A stretch of DNA of 59,435 nt from an uncultured Gammaproteobacteria bacterium (GCA_964525225.1 CAZGDX010000002.1:1-59435); one strand, 5' to 3'; counted from the stretch's first letter, positions 16,712-26,550 are shown. Made by a program: numbers and translations. The notes: a model not told the origin generated them from the letters alone.

Positions 16712-18018
16712 ATAAGTTTTTCATTTAAATAATCTCTCAAATCTTTTACCGCTATTTTTTCCTGCTTCATCGTATCGCGGTCGCGGACAGTAACTTCGTT
16801 TTTTTCCAAAGTATCAAAATCCACGGTGATGCAATACGGTGTGCCGATTTCGTCTTGTCGGCGGTAGCGTTTGCCGATATTGCCGTTGTCGTCAAAATCG
16901 CAGGTGAAATATTTTTTAAGTTCATTATAAACTTCGCGCGCTTTTTCCACCAAATTTTCTTTATTCTTTAACAGCGGGAAAACCGCCACTTTGTATGGGG
17001 CGATGGCTTTTGGAAGTTTCAGGACAATGCGGGTTTCTTCTTCAATTTTTTCCTCCGTGTATGCTTCGCATAAAACCGCGAGCACTGACCGGTCAACGCC
17101 AAAAGTCGGTTCAATTACGTGCGGAACATATTTGGTTTGCGTTTCCGGGTCCATGTATTTCAAATCCTCACCGCTTGCTTTTTCATGATTAGATAAATCA
17201 AAATCCGTGCGGTAAGCAATGCCGTATAATTCTTTCTTGTCGAACGGAAAATCGTATTCAATATCAACGGTGCGTTTGGAATAATGCGCCAGCTCATCTT
17301 TCGGCACTTCCAAATCGTGCAGATGGTCTTTCTTAAGTCCCAAAAATGCCATCCACTCATACATTTCTTTAAGCCAATCTTCAAAAATAACTCCCCAATC
17401 TTTGTCATTATCCGGCGGGGCGATGAAATATTCAATTTCCATTTGTTCAAATTCGCGGGTGCGGAAAATAAAATTTCCCGGCGTGATTTCATTTCTGAAT
17501 GCTTTACCGATTTGGGCGATGCCAAACGGAATTCTTTTGCGCGAAGTTTCGGCAACTGATTTGAAATCCACAAACATTGCTTGCGCGGTTTCCGGTCGGA
17601 AATACGCGATATTGGATGTCTCCTCAGCCGGACCAATAAAGGTCTTTAACATCATATTGAATTGTTTGGGCGCGGAAAGCTGGCCTTTGCAATTCGGGCA
17701 TTTTTTCGGGTCGGCCAAAGTATCAGCCCTAAAACGACCGTGGCACTTTTTGCATTCCACAAGCGGGTCGGAAAAATTTTGAAGATGTCCGGAGGCCTCC
17801 CAGACCTTCGGATTCATAATCAATGCCGCGTCAATTCCCACCATATCGCTTCGGCCGTGGACAAACCGCTTCCACCAGGCATTTTTTATATTGTTTTTGA
17901 GTTCTACTCCAAGCGGACCGTAATCCCAGCTGTTTGCCATCCCGCCATAAATTTCAGAACCGGGAAAAATGAAGCCGCGTCTTTTACATAAAGATATTAT
18001 GTCTTCTATTTTTGCCAT
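16708..18018 (-). CDS. glyQS: Glycine--tRNA ligase (alpha2 homodimeric type)
   Basis: 436 aa. KRRGFIFPGSEIYGG...WDYGPLGVELKNNIK, FRNEITPGNFIFRTREFEQMEIEYF, YCITVDFDT. Confidence 0.93.
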   Translation of the reverse strand: MAKIEDIISLCKRRGFIFPGSEIYGGMANSWDYGPLGVELKNNIKNAWWKRFVHGRSDMVGIDAALIMNPKVWEASGHLQNFSDPLVECKKCHGRFRADTLADPKKCPNCKGQLSAPKQFNMMLKTFIGPAEETSNIAYFRPETAQAMFVDFKSVAETSRKRIPFGIAQIGKAFRNEITPGNFIFRTREFEQMEIEYFIAPPDNDKDWGVIFEDWLKEMYEWMAFLGLKKDHLHDLEVPKDELAHYSKRTVDIEYDFPFDKKELYGIAYRTDFDLSNHEKASGEDLKYMDPETQTKYVPHVIEPTFGVDRSVLAVLCEAYTEEKIEEETRIVLKLPKAIAPYKVAVFPLLKNKENLVEKAREVYNELKKYFTCDFDDNGNIGKRYRRQDEIGTPYCITVDFDTLEKNEVTVRDRDTMKQEKIAVKDLRDYLNEKLI

Positions 18019-18035
18019 AATTAAAAAATAATTTT

Positions 18036-18153
18036 ATCATTCCGACCGAACGAAGTGAGCGGAGGAATCGCTTCGATAACCTTTAAGGGATCCCTCGACT
18101 CCCGCCCGCCACGCTATCGCTGGCGATTAGCGGGCGCGGTCGCTCGGGATGAC
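18036..18153. repeat. REP/BIME-like doublet element B
   Basis: atcattccgaccgaacgaagtgagcggaggaatcgcttcgataacctttaagggatccctcga...cgctcgggatgac. Shares the core with element A and has a longer right module. Confidence 0.8.
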
Positions 18154-18169
18154 AAAGTATATATTGAAT

Positions 18170-18718
18170 TTATATCGTCATTATTTCTTTTTCTTTTTCT
18201 TCCCCAAGCGTTTTTATCTTTTCATTATAATTTCTGGTCATTTCGTCCAGCTGGTCTTGAAGGCGAAAACGTTCGTCCTCGGCGATTTCGCCGTCCTCTT
18301 CGGCTTTTTCAATTTTCCCTTTTATTTCATCGCGAACATTACGCATTGCCATTTTTGCTTCTTCCATCTTTTTGCCCATAACTTTTACGAGTTCTTTTCT
18401 ATTTTCTTCGGTAAGCGCGGGCATAGCAATGCGGATTTTTGGACCGTCCACTATCGGATTCAAACCAATTCCGGCCGCCTGTATGCCTTTTTCAATATTC
18501 TTAAGAACCGATTTGTCCCACGGTTCTATGATAAGAGTGCGGGAATCCAAATTCTGGATGCTCGCCAGTCCCTTTATTTCCATTTTGGCATCATAGGCGT
18601 CGCAAATAATATCCTCCACCAGTGCCGGAGTGGCTCTGCCTGTGCGCAATCCTCCGAGCTCTTTTCTTAAAAAATCCAGAGCTTTTTCAAAGTTTATTTT
18701 GTATTCGTTTAAGTTCAT
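18170..18718 (-). CDS. frr: Ribosome recycling factor
   Basis: 182 aa. LRTGRATPALVEDI..., IEPWDKS, NPIVDG..IRI..P.LTEE.R.ELVK. Confidence 0.93.
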   Translation of the reverse strand: MNLNEYKINFEKALDFLRKELGGLRTGRATPALVEDIICDAYDAKMEIKGLASIQNLDSRTLIIEPWDKSVLKNIEKGIQAAGIGLNPIVDGPKIRIAMPALTEENRKELVKVMGKKMEEAKMAMRNVRDEIKGKIEKAEEDGEIAEDERFRLQDQLDEMTRNYNEKIKTLGEEKEKEIMTI

Positions 18719-18729
18719 ATTGCAACGAT

Positions 18730-18836
18730 GCCATTCCGAGCAACGGCGAGGAATCCCTTAAAGATTCTCTTTTTGTTTAATGTTTAGTTAAGCGATTCCT
18801 CCACTTCGCTCCATTGGTCGCTTCGGTCGGAATGAC
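18730..18836. repeat. REP/BIME-like doublet element C
   Basis: gccattccgagcaacggcgaggaatccc ... gcgattcctccacttcgctccattggtcgcttcggtcggaatgac. Two cattccga..gaggaatc modules in inverted orientation. Confidence 0.8.
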
Positions 18837-18876
18837 GAATTAAGAAAAACCTTCTTTGATTTTAGCTTAAAAATCT

Positions 18877-19941
18877 TTATTGGTCAACGCGGCGGACTGT
18901 CATATACATTATGTTCGGATTTTTTGGGTCGCAAGTTATGGATGAAGCCGCGCGTTTTGTGGGAAGCTTTTTGGTAATCCATTTTTTGCCGCCGTCCAAT
19001 GTGCGGTAAAAAGTCGTGGCCGTGGAATAAAAAATATCGTTTCCGTTTTTTGGATTAACTTCAACCGCGTAAATTGTCGCGGCTTTCGGAGGAGTCAAAA
19101 GTTCAATCGCCGTCCACGTCTGCCCGCCATCGGATGTTTTTAACAATCCGTATTGCGAAGCATAAACAAGGGTCTCTTGCGCGGTCAGGTCAAATTTCAA
19201 ATCTTTGTAATTTAACGCGGAATTGAAGGACTTCAATTCATCTGACAGATTCTCCCATCCCCCGCCAGCATTCTTTGTTTTGAAGATTCCTTTATTCTGC
19301 GTCGGAACATATATTATCGCGGAATTATACGGGGCAACTAAAATCTTTTTTATCGGGCTTTGAAAACGCCCTATCGGCATCCAGCTTGCCCCGCTATCAT
19401 TGCTTTTTAACATATCTCCGGTCATGGAGCCGGCGTAAACTATTGCGCTATTATTGTGGTCTGTCGCGACCGCAAGAATTTTATTTGTTGCCCTGCTGTC
19501 AAAAAAAACAATTTTCCACGTGCGACTGCAATCATCGCTTTTTATAACTTTATTTTCAAATCCGGCGTAAATTGTGCATTTATCCGACGGGCTTACCGCA
19601 ATGCTCGGCACGTCTCCGCGTTTCAATGTCGGCGATTGCGTCCAGCTTTCGCCGGCATCGTAAGAATAAAAAAGACCGGCGCCCTGAGAACCGATATAAA
19701 TTGCCTGATTGTCCTGCGGGTCCATCGCGAAAGACAATATATTTAAATTTCCGATTGTTGAAACCTTTTGGTCGGTTGTCGGAATTTTTATTCTTTGCTC
19801 CCAGATAGCGCCTTTGTCCGATGATTTATAAACTCCGCCGTCCGCGCCGGCGCTTCCGCTGAAATTTATCTGCACGCATCCGGCTCCGCCAAAAACCAAA
19901 AACGCGAATAATAATGATAACGTTAATAAAAATTTTTTCAT
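18877..19941 (-). CDS. Lipoprotein with BNR/Asp-box beta-propeller repeats (Ycf48/sialidase-fold-like)
   Basis: 354 aa. Lipobox-like GGAGC. Repeated S-x-D-x-G-x-(T/S)-W motifs (SSDKGAIW, YDAGESW, SDDCSRTW, SNDSGASW, TSDGGQTW, TLDGGKKW). Confidence 0.65.
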   Translation of the reverse strand: MKKFLLTLSLLFAFLVFGGAGCVQINFSGSAGADGGVYKSSDKGAIWEQRIKIPTTDQKVSTIGNLNILSFAMDPQDNQAIYIGSQGAGLFYSYDAGESWTQSPTLKRGDVPSIAVSPSDKCTIYAGFENKVIKSDDCSRTWKIVFFDSRATNKILAVATDHNNSAIVYAGSMTGDMLKSNDSGASWMPIGRFQSPIKKILVAPYNSAIIYVPTQNKGIFKTKNAGGGWENLSDELKSFNSALNYKDLKFDLTAQETLVYASQYGLLKTSDGGQTWTAIELLTPPKAATIYAVEVNPKNGNDIFYSTATTFYRTLDGGKKWITKKLPTKRAASSITCDPKNPNIMYMTVRRVDQ

Positions 19942-19949
19942 ATTTCCTC

Positions 19950-20942
19950 CTAAAATTTTAAAACTAAATTTTCAATAACTAATCGCGGATTCACATTTTC
20001 TCCCAGATGTTTTTTGGCAACGACTAAGGAATTTAAAATTCCGGCGACCTGAACTTTTCCGTATTTTGCCGAAATTTTTTTAAGTTCCTCTTTCGCGAAA
20101 ACATTTGTCAGATTTTCTTCGCGCCCGCTTACTATATATAATACATCTCTATACAATAAATTCCAAATTTTTAAGGTAAATTCAATTTTTTCTTTTTTAT
20201 CCGGGGCATCGCCTTTTTTAAAAAACCAATCTTCCAGTTTTCGGAATCTTCCGGCAATGCTTGCGGACACGATTTCCTGCCAGCGCAAAACCTCTTCTTT
20301 GTAATTCTCAAATTTTTCTTTGCCGCGGAAAAATTCCATGGCAATTCCGGGCCTGCCGGAAGAAAGGCGCGCGTAATTCTCCGCGTCGCTTTCCGAGGCG
20401 CCGGCGGAGACAAGAGCGGATTTTATTTCTTCTTTTTTCACCGGCAAAAAATTTATCGTTTGACATCTGGAAACTATGGTCGGCAAAACCGAACCGACCG
20501 ACGGCGCGCAAAGAATTATCATGGTTTTTCCCTTCGGCTCTTCCAGCGTCTTTAAAAGCGAATTTGCCGCTTCAATTGACAAACTTTCCGCTTCGGGAAT
20601 TACGGCAACCTTCCATGAATTCAGAAACGATGACATTTGGAGCTTGCTTGTGAGTTCGCGCGCCTGTTCCACGCTGATATTTTTTTTCATTTTTTCGGTC
20701 TTCTCATCCCGTTCGCGGCAGACAATAAAAAAATCCGCATTGCCAGAAAGCTTGGCAATCATTTCTTCTTCGCCGGCCGAAAGACCAAAATTGCCAGATA
20801 CACCCAAAATTTGTTGAGCCAAAAGAAACGCGGCGCGGGTCTTCCCCACTCGCTCTAGTCCGGTAAAAAGATAAGCATGCGCCTGCCTTCCACCGGCTAC
20901 CGTTCCGCTTAGAAATTCCAGTATTTTTTTGTTTCCAATCAT
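19950..20942 (-). CDS. holB: DNA polymerase III delta-prime subunit
   Basis: 330 aa. HAYLFTGLERVGKTRAAFLLAQ (P-loop-like), LKTLEEP and SRCQ motifs. Confidence 0.75.
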   Translation of the reverse strand: MIGNKKILEFLSGTVAGGRQAHAYLFTGLERVGKTRAAFLLAQQILGVSGNFGLSAGEEEMIAKLSGNADFFIVCRERDEKTEKMKKNISVEQARELTSKLQMSSFLNSWKVAVIPEAESLSIEAANSLLKTLEEPKGKTMIILCAPSVGSVLPTIVSRCQTINFLPVKKEEIKSALVSAGASESDAENYARLSSGRPGIAMEFFRGKEKFENYKEEVLRWQEIVSASIAGRFRKLEDWFFKKGDAPDKKEKIEFTLKIWNLLYRDVLYIVSGREENLTNVFAKEELKKISAKYGKVQVAGILNSLVVAKKHLGENVNPRLVIENLVLKF

Positions 20943-20970
20943 TGCTTAATTTTAATACATTTACGAGCTG

Positions 20971-20999
20971 TTGACAAATTTCCGCGATTATGCTAAATT
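20971..20999 (+). promoter_or_regulatory. Sigma70-type promoter TTGACA-17-TAAATT
   Basis: -35 at 20971-20976, exact 17-nt spacer, -10 at 20994-20999. Lies inside the TTG-extended ORF-track model. Confidence 0.65.
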
Positions 21000-21042
21000 T
21001 TATTATCAAAAGCTATTTAAAAATTTAAAAAGGAAAAAACCG

Positions 21043-21711
21043 ATGACAAAAAATTCCACCGCCATTATTTCCGAACCCGAAAAAGAGATTACTGCCGAAG
21101 AAGTGTTGAAAATTTATCCGATTTATGACGAGTACCACTTTGGCGAAGCTTGCGCGATAAACCGTCTGGCTCTGCGCGACGCGCTTGACCCGCTTGGTGC
21201 CGGATTGGTAACCGGCGGGTTAATCTCAAACGCGTTTATTTTATTTATTGGCGCGCCATGGTTTTTTTCACTCGGCACCGCGCCTTTAATGTTTGTCGGG
21301 ATATGCGGCATTATCCGCTCTTTGACCAGCTATTGCCGAAAAAAGAAACTTCTGAAAACCGAAACAAAACTCCGCGTTGAGCTGGCGCTTTCGCGCGAAA
21401 TTAAAAAATTCAACACAGAACTGGAAAAAACAAAGATTCTCGCCGATTGCGGGAACAGCGGTTTGGATTTTGAAAACGAGGAAAAGAAAAAGATTTTTAG
21501 CCAAATTGCTGAACAACACGAACAGCTTACCGAAAAGATTAAACACGCGCAGACGCTGCTTGACACTCAAAAGAAAATAGAACAGATTGAAGGCAAAACA
21601 ACCGCGATTGTTTCAGCAGAAACAGACGCGATTGCCGACGGCATGATGATTGCATTTAAGACGGAAATTAAGGAAGAGCTTAAATATCTTCTCTCAGAAT
21701 TGGAAGAATAA
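21043..21711 (+). CDS. Hypothetical membrane protein with a C-terminal coiled coil (start re-assigned to ATG 21043)
   Basis: The ORF-track model starts at TTG 20971, which is the -35 box. First in-frame ATG (MTKNSTAII) is at 21043. Two TM helices, then an E/K-rich helix. Confidence 0.55.
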   Translation: MTKNSTAIISEPEKEITAEEVLKIYPIYDEYHFGEACAINRLALRDALDPLGAGLVTGGLISNAFILFIGAPWFFSLGTAPLMFVGICGIIRSLTSYCRKKKLLKTETKLRVELALSREIKKFNTELEKTKILADCGNSGLDFENEEKKKIFSQIAEQHEQLTEKIKHAQTLLDTQKKIEQIEGKTTAIVSAETDAIADGMMIAFKTEIKEELKYLLSELEE

Positions 21712-21715
21712 AAAA

Positions 21716-21750
21716 CAACCGCCCCCATTTTACGGGGCGGTATTTTATTT
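21716..21750. terminator. Bidirectional terminator between convergent genes
   Basis: ccgcccc-attttac-ggggcgg followed by tattttattt. Overlaps the 3' end of the GT4 gene. Confidence 0.7.
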
Positions 21751-22869
21751 GGATAAAACTTCCCATGTTTTTTGCGCGGTTTTTTGCCAGGAGAAATCTT
21801 TAATGCGCGCGTTCCCCTTTTCAATCAGCGCCCGGCGGATTTCAGAGTCCATAATTTTTTCCATCGCTTTGGCGATTTCTTCGGGATTATTGGGATGAAT
21901 TAAAATTGCCGCGCCGCCGGCGACTTCCGGCAAGGATGAAGTATTGGAAACAATCGCGGGAATTCCGCAGGCAAACGCTTCCAAAACAGGAATTCCGAAA
22001 CCCTCGTAAAACGACGGCAAAATAAGCGCTTCGGCGTTTTTATAAATCGCCGGCAAATCTTCATCTTTCACAAAACCGGTAATCACCACGCGGCTATTAT
22101 CTTTTTTTAATTTTTCAAAACCAAATCCCGGAAGTCCGGCAAAAACCAAATTATACATTTCGTTTTTCGTAATTTCGTTATTTTCGTAATTTCGTAGTTT
22201 ATTAAAAATTTCAAATGCCGAAAAAAGCCCCAAAACATTTTTCTTTTCTTCAACTCTGCCGACAAAAAGAAAGTATGGTTTTGTAATTTTATATTTTTCC
22301 AAGATTGCTTCCGCCGGGGAATTTTTTGAAAAATCAATTGACGGCGCGAGATGAGTGATAAAAATTTTTTCCGGATTTACTTTGTAAGTTGCGACGATTT
22401 CTTTTTTGGTAAATTCCGAGGGTGTTAAAATCTTCCAGGCGAACTTAGCGGCAAACCACGCGGAAAATCTGTGATACGCGCGCGCCGGCGATTTATATGC
22501 TTTTGGAAATTTCAAAAAACCGATATCGTGAAGCGTTATTACGGTTTTTTTAGGATGAAATATCGGCATCGCGTGGCTTGGCGCGAAAAGAATGTCCGGC
22601 CGGCAAAAAATCATTTCAAAAGACAATCCGAGCTGAGTCCAAAGCCATATTTTTTTTGATTTTGGCGAACGAAAAGATTTTATTATCTTTTCCGACCAAT
22701 TATCCGGCATCTTTTTTAAATCCCCGACAAGCGGTTCATCCGAATACAAAACAACCCGCTCGGTTTGCGGAATTATTTTTTTCAATTCTTCTATAAGGCG
22801 GTAAGAATACCATTCCACGCCTGTTTTTTGCGCGCGATTGGCGCGCGAAGCATCTATTCCAATTATCAT
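21745..22869 (-). CDS. Glycosyltransferase family 4 (GT-B, group 1)
   Basis: 374 aa. LPSFYEGFGIPVLEAFACGIPAIVSNTSSLPEV signature. Confidence 0.8.
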   Translation of the reverse strand: MIIGIDASRANRAQKTGVEWYSYRLIEELKKIIPQTERVVLYSDEPLVGDLKKMPDNWSEKIIKSFRSPKSKKIWLWTQLGLSFEMIFCRPDILFAPSHAMPIFHPKKTVITLHDIGFLKFPKAYKSPARAYHRFSAWFAAKFAWKILTPSEFTKKEIVATYKVNPEKIFITHLAPSIDFSKNSPAEAILEKYKITKPYFLFVGRVEEKKNVLGLFSAFEIFNKLRNYENNEITKNEMYNLVFAGLPGFGFEKLKKDNSRVVITGFVKDEDLPAIYKNAEALILPSFYEGFGIPVLEAFACGIPAIVSNTSSLPEVAGGAAILIHPNNPEEIAKAMEKIMDSEIRRALIEKGNARIKDFSWQKTAQKTWEVLSK

Positions 22870-22872
22870 ATT

Positions 22873-23880
22873 TTATCTGGTCGCAAGTATGGAACGTTTC
22901 CACGATTCCAAATTTTCAAGCACGACACCTGTGCCTTTGGCGACATTGAAAGACGGCTCATCCGTCATATAAGCCGGCACGCCGGTTGCCTGCGCCAAAA
23001 GCCGGTCAAGATTCCTTAACTGGCTGGTGCCGCCAGAAAGCATCATCCCCCTATCCATGATATCGGCGGAAAGTTCGGGCGGCGTCAGATTCAAAACTTT
23101 TTTTACGCCCTCAATGATGTCGCGGAGCTCTTCCTGAATCGCTTCCGTAACATCGTCGGAAGTTGAAGTCAGAATTCTCGGCAAACCGGTAACCATATCG
23201 CGCCCTTTGATTTCCATTGAAAGTTTTTCATCCATATACATCGCCGAACCAATGCGGATTTTTATTTCTTCGGCCGTGCGTTCTCCTATCGCGAGCCCGT
23301 ATTTTCTGCGGATAAATTCCATTACCGCCGCATCCAATTTGTTGCCGCCGACTCTGACCGAATCGCTTGCCACAATTCCGCCAAGAGCCAAAACCGCGAT
23401 TTCCGCGGTGCCTCCGCCGATTTCAACAATCAAATTTCCCAAAGCGCTGCCTATTGGAATATCCGCGCCGATTGCGGCAACGATCGGTTCTTTGATAATA
23501 TACGCGGCGCGCGCGCCGGACGCGATTGTCGCGTCTATTACCGCGCGCCGTTCGGTGGAATTTATCCCGCCCGGCACCGCGACCATAACTTCCGGACGGA
23601 AAAACCTGATTCCTCCCAAGGCCTTATTTATAAAATAACGGAGCATGGCTTCGGTTGTGCGGTAATCCGCAATCACGCCGTTTTGAAGTGGACGGATTGC
23701 CACAATCGTCTCCGGAGTTCTGCCAAGCATTTCTTTCGCTTCAGCGCCGACAGCCAATATTTTTTTATCCAAAATAGAAACCGCAACCACTGACGGTTCG
23801 TTTATTATTACTCCTCTTTTTGGAACAAAAACACGAACGTTCGTTGTCCCCAAATCAATTGCGATTTTTTTGACAAACAT
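22873..23880 (-). CDS. mreB: Rod shape-determining protein MreB
   Basis: 335 aa. IAIDLGTTNVRVF..., EPSVVAV, EIGGGTAEIAV, GGTSQLRNLD. Confidence 0.93.
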   Translation of the reverse strand: MFVKKIAIDLGTTNVRVFVPKRGVIINEPSVVAVSILDKKILAVGAEAKEMLGRTPETIVAIRPLQNGVIADYRTTEAMLRYFINKALGGIRFFRPEVMVAVPGGINSTERRAVIDATIASGARAAYIIKEPIVAAIGADIPIGSALGNLIVEIGGGTAEIAVLALGGIVASDSVRVGGNKLDAAVMEFIRRKYGLAIGERTAEEIKIRIGSAMYMDEKLSMEIKGRDMVTGLPRILTSTSDDVTEAIQEELRDIIEGVKKVLNLTPPELSADIMDRGMMLSGGTSQLRNLDRLLAQATGVPAYMTDEPSFNVAKGTGVVLENLESWKRSILATR

Positions 23881-23964
23881 AAATTAAATTTTCAATCCGT
23901 TTTACCGCCTGTTTTAACGTTTTGCCTACCCCTGTCTTACCAAAAATCATTCGCCGCGTCAAGT

Positions 23965-25011
23965 TCAGGCAAACCATTTTTTCATTTCTTCCGCGCAATT
24001 TTTTTTTCGCGACATTATTTCTTTCCGCGTTGCCAGAACTCCGGAAAAATTTTTTACAAAACGCCAGTACGCTCCCGAACTTTTAGTTTCAAAAAAAATA
24101 ATATATAAAAATTTTGACAATTCATAAAAAAACATCCGTGGAAAATTTGCCGCCAAATTTGCCGCGAAACCATTTTTAAAAATAGTAAAAAGGTGATTAG
24201 CGACGGAATAATAATTTGATGTTCCTTTTTTTATTCTTATTTCGCAAAGCGACGCTTTTAAACTTTTTTTCTTACCGGAATAAATTCCGCAATGCCGTCG
24301 GGCGACGGCATTTCCGACATAAAAAGATTTGAATCCGAAAACACGGAGCCGCCACGCCAAATCGTCATCCGCGCCGGATTCAAAGTATTGCCGGTCAAAG
24401 TATCCGTTTTTAATTTCCGCGGTTTTCAAAGCGCTCAAACGGTAAAGCGCGAGACCGCGCGAAACGCCGAAAATTTCTTCTTCCGAATCATATTGACCCT
24501 TATCCTCTTCTCCGGAAGCCCGTTCAATTATTTTTCCGCTTTTAAAAATTTTAAGTCCCGCGCCGTCCAAAATTCCGGCCGGGCAATCTTCCGCCGAATC
24601 TTCGTGAAAAATTTTTAAAATCTTTCCCCCGAAACTCGCGCCTTCGCGGAGAATGTCCGCGCGGGCCGAAATTTTCTCCAAAAAATCCGGGGATAAAATT
24701 ATGTTTGAATCCATTATAAGAATATAATTATCTTCCGGGTTCAAATTGTTTTTTTCGCATAAGTTGAACACAAATTTTATTCCCTGATTCCGCGCGGCCG
24801 CGGAACCCAAATTTTTTGAATTTTTCAAAATACTGGCTTGCGGAAAATTGGCGCGCAAAAACTCAACCGTTCCGTCGGTTGAGCCATTGTCTATCACCAG
24901 CGCGGAAAAATTTTTGTATGTCTGATTAAAAATAGATTTCAGCGCGTCCGGCAAATATTTTATGCTGTTCCAAGAAATAATATTGATAAAAATCATAAAC
25001 TGAAATGCCAA
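23965..25011 (-). CDS. Glycosyltransferase family 2
   Basis: 348 aa. IISWNS...LPDALKSIFNQTYKNFSALVIDNGSTDGT. DxD-like region at MDSN. Confidence 0.75.
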   Translation of the reverse strand: MAFQFMIFINIISWNSIKYLPDALKSIFNQTYKNFSALVIDNGSTDGTVEFLRANFPQASILKNSKNLGSAAARNQGIKFVFNLCEKNNLNPEDNYILIMDSNIILSPDFLEKISARADILREGASFGGKILKIFHEDSAEDCPAGILDGAGLKIFKSGKIIERASGEEDKGQYDSEEEIFGVSRGLALYRLSALKTAEIKNGYFDRQYFESGADDDLAWRLRVFGFKSFYVGNAVARRHCGIYSGKKKSLKASLCEIRIKKGTSNYYSVANHLFTIFKNGFAANLAANFPRMFFYELSKFLYIIFFETKSSGAYWRFVKNFSGVLATRKEIMSRKKNCAEEMKKWFA

Positions 25012-25071
25012 ATATCTAATTACTAATGTCTAATCTACGAAACATATAAAAACACGCGCTTTGATTTTGAT

Positions 25072-26550
25072 TTAATCTCGCTTCTTCGCCGTTACGTTAA
25101 ATCCCAAATATTTTCCAAACATCAGACGGGTTTGCGCGTCAATCGCCGGAATTGACCCGAAAAGCACAAAAGTGACGGGCAAAAGCACCCATTGTAAAAT
25201 CATTATCAGCCATGTGAACGCGCGTTTTTCTTTCGGGCGCGGAGGCAATAAAAGCAAACTTAAAATGGCTGATATTATCAACCCTGCCATGGTTAACATC
25301 ATTATTTTTTCCATCGTAAAAGGTGCGGTTTGCGCGACGACCGATTGTTTTGAACTTTGGTCCAAAAACCACAGCGGAAGACGGCCTAAAACAAAAATCA
25401 AAATCGGGGCCGTTGCCCAAGTAAACATCCCTTCTAACGCGCGCCACAAAGTAAGCAGACGGATTTTTAACGGTGTTAATTTGTCGCCTAAAAAATTTGA
25501 AATTAAATAAGGAAAATGTTCCACTCCCCATGCCCATCTCCGCTGTTGCCGGTAAAGCGCTTTCAAACTTTGCCAGTAATTCGCGCCGGTTACCGTATCC
25601 ATGGATACGGGCAGATAAATCGGCTCCACGCGGTAATCTCCGTGATAATGCAATAAACACTGAAAATATATCCGCGAATCCTCCGAAACAATATCCTTTT
25701 GCCAAAAATCAACTTCCGCAAGCGCTTTGAAGCTCATACTGTGCGATGAAAAAGTTACGAGCCGTTCCGGACGCGCAAGCTCCATCATCAACCAAAAAGT
25801 GGTGCCGAAAGCGGCAACGCGGACGGGCGCCGACACATCCCAGATATTATTTCCGTAAAGCGCGATCGGCTGATACGAAGCGCGCGTCGGATTCTGGACG
25901 GTTAAATACGTATAGGCAAGGCAGGAAAAATAATTTTTATGAACCCAAGTATCAACATCCAGATTGGAAACTATTATATTTTCATAAGGAATCCGCAATT
26001 CATCAATAAGCTTTTTGGCCTCAACGCCCATATAAGCCCCGTTCGCGCCTTTTCCGGCAAGTTCGCCAGGCACATCCGCCGGATGAACCGTGGTTAGGAA
26101 TTTAAAAAATTTATTGCCGTATTTTTCTTTAATGTCTTCCGCGATTTTCAAAAAATTATCCTTGTCGCGTTCCTCTCCGCCCAAAACGATAATTATATTT
26201 TCAAGCGGATAAGCGACATTCAAAAGATTATCCAAAGTTGTTTCAATAACTTTTTTATCTTCTTTGTACGTCGGCAAAAGAATCAAGTGATAAATTTTTT
26301 GCCACCCGGACAGTTGTTTCAAATCTTCAAGCCAATTTCTTCTGATTGCCAATTTGTATTTTCTCCAGGAAATAAAAAGATGCATTACAAAATTAAGCAC
26401 GCGAAAAAGCCAGAACAAATCATAAACGATTATAAAATAAATTACCCAAATCGGCTGCAGAAACGAAAGGATTATGCCCGACAAAAGAGTCGCCCAGACA
26501 ATGGCACCCGGGATGATTTCGTATACGCGATGCTTATTGAGAGGAAGCAT
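25072..26550 (-). CDS. Membrane-embedded processive family 2 glycosyltransferase (polysaccharide synthase-like)
   Basis: 492 aa. TM helices at both ends. LLPTYKEDKKVIE, NLDVDT, and QxxRW motif in YRQQRRWAWG. Confidence 0.7.
   Translation of the reverse strand: MLPLNKHRVYEIIPGAIVWATLLSGIILSFLQPIWVIYFIIVYDLFWLFRVLNFVMHLFISWRKYKLAIRRNWLEDLKQLSGWQKIYHLILLPTYKEDKKVIETTLDNLLNVAYPLENIIIVLGGEERDKDNFLKIAEDIKEKYGNKFFKFLTTVHPADVPGELAGKGANGAYMGVEAKKLIDELRIPYENIIVSNLDVDTWVHKNYFSCLAYTYLTVQNPTRASYQPIALYGNNIWDVSAPVRVAAFGTTFWLMMELARPERLVTFSSHSMSFKALAEVDFWQKDIVSEDSRIYFQCLLHYHGDYRVEPIYLPVSMDTVTGANYWQSLKALYRQQRRWAWGVEHFPYLISNFLGDKLTPLKIRLLTLWRALEGMFTWATAPILIFVLGRLPLWFLDQSSKQSVVAQTAPFTMEKIMMLTMAGLIISAILSLLLLPPRPKEKRAFTWLIMILQWVLLPVTFVLFGSIPAIDAQTRLMFGKYLGFNVTAKKRD

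Noticed and set aside
22160-22200. Direct repeat ttttcgtaatttcgt (two copies) inside the GT4 gene
   Set aside because: The two copies are offset by 17 nt and are read in different frames without breaking the ORF (KLRNYENNEITKNEMY). It is most likely a small low-complexity insertion in a loop, not a separate feature.
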